NCBI GenBank assembly: GCA_963764725.1
Contig: CAVXTM010000007.1
Span: forward strand, 29,230 to 93,229
DNA length: 64,000 nt
Source of the DNA: an uncultured Gammaproteobacteria bacterium
Lineage (GTDB): Bacteria; Pseudomonadota; Gammaproteobacteria; JACCXJ01
Direction of reading: 5' to 3'
The notes under the pieces were generated by a model. That model was not told where the DNA came from. It ran no database searches and worked only from the letters and a program-made list of their open reading frames with translations. Positions 58,499-64,000 of the stretch are shown here, piece after piece. Position 1 is the stretch's first letter; each line of letters starts with the position of its first letter. Position numbers and translations under genes: made by a program.

Positions 58499-59272
58499 AT
58501 GAAAGCAGTGATACTCGCAGGTGGATTTGGCACCAGGATCAGCGAGGAAAGCAGCATAAGGCCTAAGCCGATGGTGGAGATTGGAGACCGGCCCATACTA
58601 TGGCACGTCATGAAAATCTACTCCGCCCACGGTATCAACGAATTTATCATCTGCTGCGGCTACAGAGGATACGTGATCAAGGAGTTTTTTACAAACTATT
58701 ATCTGCATTACTCCGATGTAACTTTCGATATACGTAATAATTCAATGAAGGTGCGTCAAAGCAGTGCCGAACCGTGGATAGTCACACTCGTCGATACGGG
58801 TATTGACGTAATGACTGGAGGTCGAATTAAGCGGGTACGCGATTATATCGAGAACGAAACGTTCTGCCTTACCTACGGAGATGGTGTTAGCGACGTGAAC
58901 ATTCGTGAACTTGTAGCCTTTCATCGCCGGCAGGCGACGTTAGCTACACTCACCGCTGTACAGATGGAAGGCCGATTTGGTGCGTTTAAACTTGACGAAT
59001 GCGATACAAAGATTGGAAGCTTCCGGGAAAAGCCAAAAGGTGATGGAGCGTGGATCAACGGCGGTTTCTTTGTACTGGAACCGCAAGTTTTGGATTTAAT
59101 CACCGATGATTCGACCGTCTGGGAACAAGAACCGCTGACCACCTTAGCCCATGCAGGACAATTGTCGGCTTACCGTCACCCGGGCTTTTGGCACTGTTTG
59201 GATACGTTGAGGGATAAAAACGTACTAGAGCAGGCTTGGCAAAGCGGGGTTCCCCCTTGGAAAGTCTGGTGA
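58499..59272 (+). CDS. rfbF: glucose-1-phosphate cytidylyltransferase
   Basis: MKAVILAGGFGTRISEE...KPMVEIGDRPILWHVMKIYSAHGINEFIICCGYRGYVIKEFF...FWHCLDTLRDK. Close to Salmonella RfbF as I recall it. Confidence 0.92.
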   Translation: MKAVILAGGFGTRISEESSIRPKPMVEIGDRPILWHVMKIYSAHGINEFIICCGYRGYVIKEFFTNYYLHYSDVTFDIRNNSMKVRQSSAEPWIVTLVDTGIDVMTGGRIKRVRDYIENETFCLTYGDGVSDVNIRELVAFHRRQATLATLTAVQMEGRFGAFKLDECDTKIGSFREKPKGDGAWINGGFFVLEPQVLDLITDDSTVWEQEPLTTLAHAGQLSAYRHPGFWHCLDTLRDKNVLEQAWQSGVPPWKVW

Positions 59273-59353
59273 AAGCCTGTAGCCTTTTTAACGCGCTCTG
59301 CGTCTTCTTATGCGGCCCTAACGTAGACCCAGCTGCATAAATTCTGTTGTTTA

Positions 59354-59623
59354 GTGGCTAGAAAAACGCGCCGGTCAGGGTTTTATCGGGTCTTAAGCTT
59401 TTCGCTGCACATATCAGCATTCGCCATCGTTCCCTTTTTATTCGCACTCGAGTCGAATTCCTTCGTAACCAAAGCGTGGAGCAGGTGGCTTTCGAAATTA
59501 CAGGATCGCGATATCCACATTGTCCACATAATGAACCTTTTCTACTGGGAGCACTGGGCCCGAAACTTCGGCGCGATAGGTCAAGCCGAGTGGGTCATCA
59601 TTAAGGACGAATTCACCGTATAG
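59354..59623 (+). CDS. hypothetical ORF, possibly a gene remnant
   Basis: 89-aa ORF filling the rfbF-alr gap. No recognisable family, weak coding evidence. Confidence 0.2.
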   Translation: MARKTRRSGFYRVLSFSLHISAFAIVPFLFALESNSFVTKAWSRWLSKLQDRDIHIVHIMNLFYWEHWARNFGAIGQAEWVIIKDEFTV

Positions 59624-59629
59624 CTCGCT

Positions 59630-60799
59630 GTGAGTTCGCACACTAACGCCTTAATGATTTTAGCACCGGCTAACGCGATTATGGTGCCCACCCGTGCGAT
59701 TATCGATCTCGCCGCACTTCGACACAATATTAACATTGTCAAATCCTGTAATTCTCCCGGCACACTCATCCTCGCCATGCTTAAAGCAAACGCATACGGG
59801 CATGGACTCGTCGAGATTGCCAGAGAAGCCGCGGCTGCTGGAGTTGAGTTTTTCGGGATCGCTCGTGTGGAAGAGGGACTGGTGCTGCGCAGGGCTGGCT
59901 TTAGGCAACACCTTCTGCTTCTCGAAATCGTTAGAGGCGAGAGAGCGGAGGTTGCCATTTCGGAGGGACTCGAGCTCACGGTTGCGTCGCTGTCGAATGC
60001 ACGGGAGTTGGATAAGGTCGCAATGAAACTTGGAAGGCGGGTGGTCCTCCATGTCAAAGTTGATACGGGAATGGGGCGAATCGGGATGCACCACGCAGCG
60101 GCTGCAAAAGAAATCGTAGAGATCGCGAGGCTTCGGAATGTCACTATCGGCAGCGTCTTTAGCCATTTCGCCACCTCCGAAGACCCTGATCAAACCTTCG
60201 CGCGCGAGCAGCTTGGCCACTTTCACGCTGTCCTCGAAAACCTTGATCGCGAGGGCGTAAAGGTTCCCCTCCGTCATTTTGCCAATAGCGGTGCCATCAT
60301 GACGCTTCCAGAAGCCCACTTCGATATGGTCCGCGCCGGTATCATGTTATATGGCTACGCGCCGGGCGAAGGTATGGATGCGCGTGGACTACGTCCGGTG
60401 ATGTCACTGGTGTCCACGGTGAATTTTCTCAAGACGGTCGAGGCTGGCACCTCCATTTCGTATAACCGCTACTATGTCCCAGAAACAACGCAGATCGCGA
60501 CGGTTCTGGCCGGTTACGCGGACGGATTCTCGCGGTTACTAACCGGGAAGGGTCACGTGCTGATCAAAGGCCGACGCTATCCTATCGTTGGAACGGTCTG
60601 TATGGATATGATCATGGTCGACGTTGGGATGGATGAAGAGGTGCAGGAGGGTGACAGTGTCACGTTGATGGGGCAAGACGGCGCTGAATGGATCACAGCT
60701 TGGGATATCGCCAGTCTTAGCGAGACGATTCCGTACGAAATTACCTGTCACATCGCCGGCAGGATCCCGCTCATCTACGTGAACCCATCAGGATCCTAA
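59630..60799 (+). CDS. alr: alanine racemase
   Basis: PLP-lysine motif AMLKANAYGHG and C-terminal VCMDMIMVDV. MVPTRAIIDL is an alternative start. Confidence 0.9.
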   Translation: MSSHTNALMILAPANAIMVPTRAIIDLAALRHNINIVKSCNSPGTLILAMLKANAYGHGLVEIAREAAAAGVEFFGIARVEEGLVLRRAGFRQHLLLLEIVRGERAEVAISEGLELTVASLSNARELDKVAMKLGRRVVLHVKVDTGMGRIGMHHAAAAKEIVEIARLRNVTIGSVFSHFATSEDPDQTFAREQLGHFHAVLENLDREGVKVPLRHFANSGAIMTLPEAHFDMVRAGIMLYGYAPGEGMDARGLRPVMSLVSTVNFLKTVEAGTSISYNRYYVPETTQIATVLAGYADGFSRLLTGKGHVLIKGRRYPIVGTVCMDMIMVDVGMDEEVQEGDSVTLMGQDGAEWITAWDIASLSETIPYEITCHIAGRIPLIYVNPSGS

Positions 60800-61057
60800 T
60801 GATGCTGCAGCCTAAAGCCCCTTTAGCCTACGCGATATTCAAACCTCCAGGCGGATTTGGGGGATCCCAGGTATTCAGCTGGTGGCGACGCGTCGATCAC
60901 GTGGCTGTTGAAATCAGAAATGTTTTAACTGCTTCAATAGGCCAATCCGTTTGACGAAAAGCAACGGACCATGGCTAGCGCTCGTGACGTTGTCGATGAC
61001 ACGCGAGGCGTTGGAATAGCTCTACACTGTGGGAATTCGAACAAGACGGTTACCAGG

Positions 61058-61603
61058 ATGCTCTTTTTCGAAACAGCATTGAAAGGCGCATACTTGATCG
61101 AACCGCAACCGAGAGTCGATCCGCGGGGCCTTTTCGCGAGGACTTTTTGCGTCGAAGAATTTAAAGCCCACGGTCTAAACGTTTTCGTTGCTCAATGCAA
61201 TCTATCGTTGAACTTTAAAAGAGGAACCTTACGTGGATTGCACTATCAAACCTCTCCCGCAAGCGAGACGAAGCTAGTCCGCTGCACGGCGGGTGCGATC
61301 TTCGATGTCATCGTCGACCTGCGTCCCGGCTCTTCCACCTATCTAGGCCACTGTTATATAGAATTAACTTCGGAAAATCGACGCATGTTATACATCCCCG
61401 CGATGTTCGCACATGGATTTCAGACTTTGGTCGACGACACTGAGGTGTTTTATCAGATGGGTAGCTCTTATGTCCCTGCTTGCCAGCATGGTTTGCGTTA
61501 TGATGACCCTACGCTCGATATTAAATGGCCAATTCCGGTTACCGAAATCGCTGACAAGGATCTTGCCTGGCCGTTGCTGGCGACAAGTCAGAATGCTCGA
61601 TGA
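61058..61603 (+). CDS. dTDP-4-dehydrorhamnose 3,5-epimerase-family (RmlC-like cupin) sugar epimerase
   Basis: DPRGLFARTF...RGLHYQ...ETKLVRCTAGAIFDVIVDLR...LYIPAMFAHGFQTL; start MLFFETALKG. Confidence 0.85.
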   Translation: MLFFETALKGAYLIEPQPRVDPRGLFARTFCVEEFKAHGLNVFVAQCNLSLNFKRGTLRGLHYQTSPASETKLVRCTAGAIFDVIVDLRPGSSTYLGHCYIELTSENRRMLYIPAMFAHGFQTLVDDTEVFYQMGSSYVPACQHGLRYDDPTLDIKWPIPVTEIADKDLAWPLLATSQNAR

Positions 61604-61769
61604 TCGCGCTAACAGATAGCCAACCAGGCATTGGCGGTGCGAAGTGATCGGATTGATTCCGGCAACTCCGGTCGGCGTTCGGACTTCAGGTCCATCCTTG
61701 CCGTCGCAGCACGGCTGCGACTGAGTGTGCGCTTCTGACGGTTAACCCGAACCACTCACGCCTGGGAAT

Positions 61770-62666
61770 ATGTTCGGCACCCTAGAGCTTCAGTTCACGG
61801 CCTCGTGGCGATCGTATGTCGATCTGTGTAAGCCGCGCGTAGTTGCATTGATCATGCTTACGGCTATCGTCGGCATGCTGCTCGCGCCATCGCTCGCGCT
61901 CCAACCCTTGATTTGCGGTACGGCCGGAATCGCATTGGCGGCTGCCGCGGCCGCGGTTATCAATCACGTGGCTGATCATCGAATCGACGCATTAATGATC
62001 CGGACCCAGCATAGACCGCTGCCGCAAGGATCCGTAGACAAGTCCCACGCGCTGATCTTCGCGGCGATAATGAGTGCGGCGTCAATGACGTTATTGATCG
62101 CCTATGTCAACCTGTTGACGGCGGTCTTAACGGCAGTGTCTCTGATCGGCTATGCTGTGGTATACACACTGTACCTGAAGCGAGCGACACCGCAAAACAT
62201 TGTCATCGGCGGGGCAGCCGGAGCGGCGCCTCCGGTTCTAGGCTGGGTTGCGATGACCGGCACCATCGATCCCCACGCCTTGTTGTTGTTTCTGATCATT
62301 TTCGCCTGGACACCGCCGCACTTCTGGTCGCTGGCCATTTACCGCCGCCATGACTACGCGCGCGCGGACATCCCAATGCTGCCCATTACCCACGGAGTCG
62401 ACTACACACGCCTGCAGATCTTTCTTTACACCGTGATTTTATCCGTGGTGAGCTTACTACCCTTCGCAACGTATATGAGTGGAATGCTTTATCTTACGGG
62501 CGCCATCGTTCTCGATGCGCTCTTCCTGTATCACGTCGTGCGCATGCAACGCGATCCTACCGACCGTTGGGCAATGAAGACCTTTACCTTTTCGATCGTC
62601 TATCTGGCGGGGCTGTTCTTGTTGCTCCTGGCCGACCGCGTGGCGACCATCCATGCCCTCCTTTAG
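61770..62666 (+). CDS. cyoE: protoheme IX farnesyltransferase (heme O synthase)
   Basis: UbiA-type prenyltransferase: YVDLCKPRVVALIM, NHVADHRIDALMIRTQHRPLP, IGGAAGAAPPVLGW, FAWTPPHFW. Confidence 0.92.
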   Translation: MFGTLELQFTASWRSYVDLCKPRVVALIMLTAIVGMLLAPSLALQPLICGTAGIALAAAAAAVINHVADHRIDALMIRTQHRPLPQGSVDKSHALIFAAIMSAASMTLLIAYVNLLTAVLTAVSLIGYAVVYTLYLKRATPQNIVIGGAAGAAPPVLGWVAMTGTIDPHALLLFLIIFAWTPPHFWSLAIYRRHDYARADIPMLPITHGVDYTRLQIFLYTVILSVVSLLPFATYMSGMLYLTGAIVLDALFLYHVVRMQRDPTDRWAMKTFTFSIVYLAGLFLLLLADRVATIHALL

Positions 62667-62875
62667 ACCGGCCCCCCGGCGACGACAACTCAGCAGTGGG
62701 TTCGATCACAAACCACGCCGGTTACTGGAGCTTTGGGTATTGCGTTATGCGCGCTTCCTGCTGGCGGCGGCTTAGCGGCTATATGCGCCCCCCACAGGAA
62801 TACTGTTTCGCGGTTTTTCCTAGCGCTCTATTTGACCTCGACCTGGTATCGCGTGCGCCAATAACGCCCGGCGGA

Positions 62876-63766
62876 TCACTGACTCGGCGCGGGGAGCAAT
62901 GGCGTGGCGTCGAGCGTCAAGCGCAGTTTTTTGAAGGCGGACTTCTCGAGTTGCCGGATCCGTTCCGCCGAGACCGCGTACTTGCGCGCGAGATCGTGGA
63001 GTGTGCATTTGTCCTCTTGCAACCACCGCCGGGTCACAATGTCCCGGCTGCGTTGGTCAAGGGTAGCCAGCGCCGTATTCAGGAGCTCTTCCCGATCGTG
63101 ATGCATCTCGTCATTTTCGGCCAGCGCCTGGGGCTCGAAGCGCCGATCCTCCAGGTAATTCGCGGGCGCCGCGGCATCCTCATCGTTGGCGTGATCATAG
63201 GACGTGTCGAAGGCGTTAAGGCGCTCTTCCATCTCCACGACGGTCCGTGGATGCACCCCGAGATCCCGCGCCACGTCTTGCACTTCCTCTTGGCTCATCC
63301 ACCCGAGGCGTTTCTTGGCGTTGCGCAGATTGAAGAATAGCTTACGCTGGGCCTTGGTGGTGGCGACTTTGACGATGCGCCAGTTGCGCAAGATGAACTC
63401 ATGCATCTCGGCGCGGATCCAGTGCACGGCGAAGGATACTAACCGTACGCCGACGGCCGGGTCAAAACGCTTGACGGCCTTCATGAGACCGATATTGCCT
63501 TCCTGGATCAGATCCGCCTGCGCCAAGCCGTAACCGTTGTACCCGCGCGCCACGCGCACCACAAAGCGTAGATGCGACATGACCAATCGGCGGGCGGCGT
63601 CTAAATCATCATCGTGGCGATATCGCAGCGCCAGTTCCTGCTCCTCGGCGGCGCTCAGCATCGGTATCCGATTGACGGAATTGATGTAGGTCGCAAGGGA
63701 GCCCGTGGGCAGCGTAAGCGGTAATTCCAAGGCTTGGGTCATCGAAGCTATTTTCTCCGTATTCAC
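62876..63766 (-). CDS. rpoH: RNA polymerase sigma-32 (heat-shock sigma factor)
   Basis: Regions 2-4 of a sigma-70 family protein plus the RpoH box QRKLFFNLR. Confidence 0.95.
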   Translation of the reverse strand: MNTEKIASMTQALELPLTLPTGSLATYINSVNRIPMLSAAEEQELALRYRHDDDLDAARRLVMSHLRFVVRVARGYNGYGLAQADLIQEGNIGLMKAVKRFDPAVGVRLVSFAVHWIRAEMHEFILRNWRIVKVATTKAQRKLFFNLRNAKKRLGWMSQEEVQDVARDLGVHPRTVVEMEERLNAFDTSYDHANDEDAAAPANYLEDRRFEPQALAENDEMHHDREELLNTALATLDQRSRDIVTRRWLQEDKCTLHDLARKYAVSAERIRQLEKSAFKKLRLTLDATPLLPAPSQ

Positions 63767-63845
63767 GTTGGCTAGTTTAGCACCCCTCGGATAAGAGTGC
63801 TATTTTAACCATAGGTTCCTGCAGCGGCGCGCTCACAGCGAGGAC

Positions 63846-64000
63846 TCAATGGTCACTCGTGGGGCCATCTAATAAGGCATCGACGAACTCCGTAGGATCG
63901 AATTCCTTGAGGTCATCGATTTTTTCACCCAGCCCGATAAATCGGATCGGGATCTTGAGGCGTTCTGCCAAGGCAAAGACGATCCCTCCGCGCGCCGTCC
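63846..64000 (-). CDS. ftsY: signal recognition particle receptor FtsY, C-terminal end only (5' part beyond the window)
   Basis: Own translation: ...ARGGIVFALAERLKIPIRFIGLGEKIDDLKEFDPTEFVDALLDGPTSDH*, the conserved SRP-GTPase C-terminus. Confidence 0.85.
   Translation of the reverse strand, partial: TARGGIVFALAERLKIPIRFIGLGEKIDDLKEFDPTEFVDALLDGPTSDH

Overview
The window is a mosaic chromosomal segment, probably gammaproteobacterial. The core gene order includes birA, glmS, polA, proA-nadD-rsfS-rlmH-maf and ftsY-rpoH. Hand counts of single 60-nt lines suggest a GC-rich backbone (40/60 G+C at 48001-48060). Several accessory blocks interrupt it. (1) glmS abuts a sigma-54 response regulator / Hpt / hybrid-kinase phosphorelay. 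(2) A decayed IS481-type transposase sits next to a membrane-lipid cluster at 12.6-20.6 kb. That cluster holds an MprF-type synthase/flippase, a PIG-A-like GT4 glycosyltransferase, a NodB deacetylase, an FkbM methyltransferase, a CDP-alcohol phosphatidyltransferase and inositol-3-phosphate synthase. I read it as a candidate pathway for an inositol or hexosaminyl-inositol phospholipid, and it is my top candidate for an undescribed system. Its GT4 and deacetylase each carry a +1 homopolymer frameshift. (3) A fused EutB-EutC ethanolamine ammonia-lyase, an RRM protein and egtB-egtD follow. (4) A very GC-rich block of about 6.9 kb (47/60 at 28901-28960) is bracketed by direct repeats of about 118 bp. 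These duplicate the 5' end of the gene at 35216 and split an older divergent gene cluster. (5) A 5.3-kb segment is bracketed by 28-bp inverted repeats and contains an orphan 393-aa gene. (6) A lower-GC glycan island (24/60 at 52201-52260) replaces the 3' part of maf. Its Wzc-type tyrosine kinase carries an unusual tandemly duplicated N-terminal extension of about 308 aa with transposase-like HTH segments. A roughly 100-nt triple-hairpin repeat occurs three times in intergenic tails. I found no rRNA, tRNA or CRISPR array by eye. All coordinates and family calls come from manual reading of the translations. Start codons are approximate.
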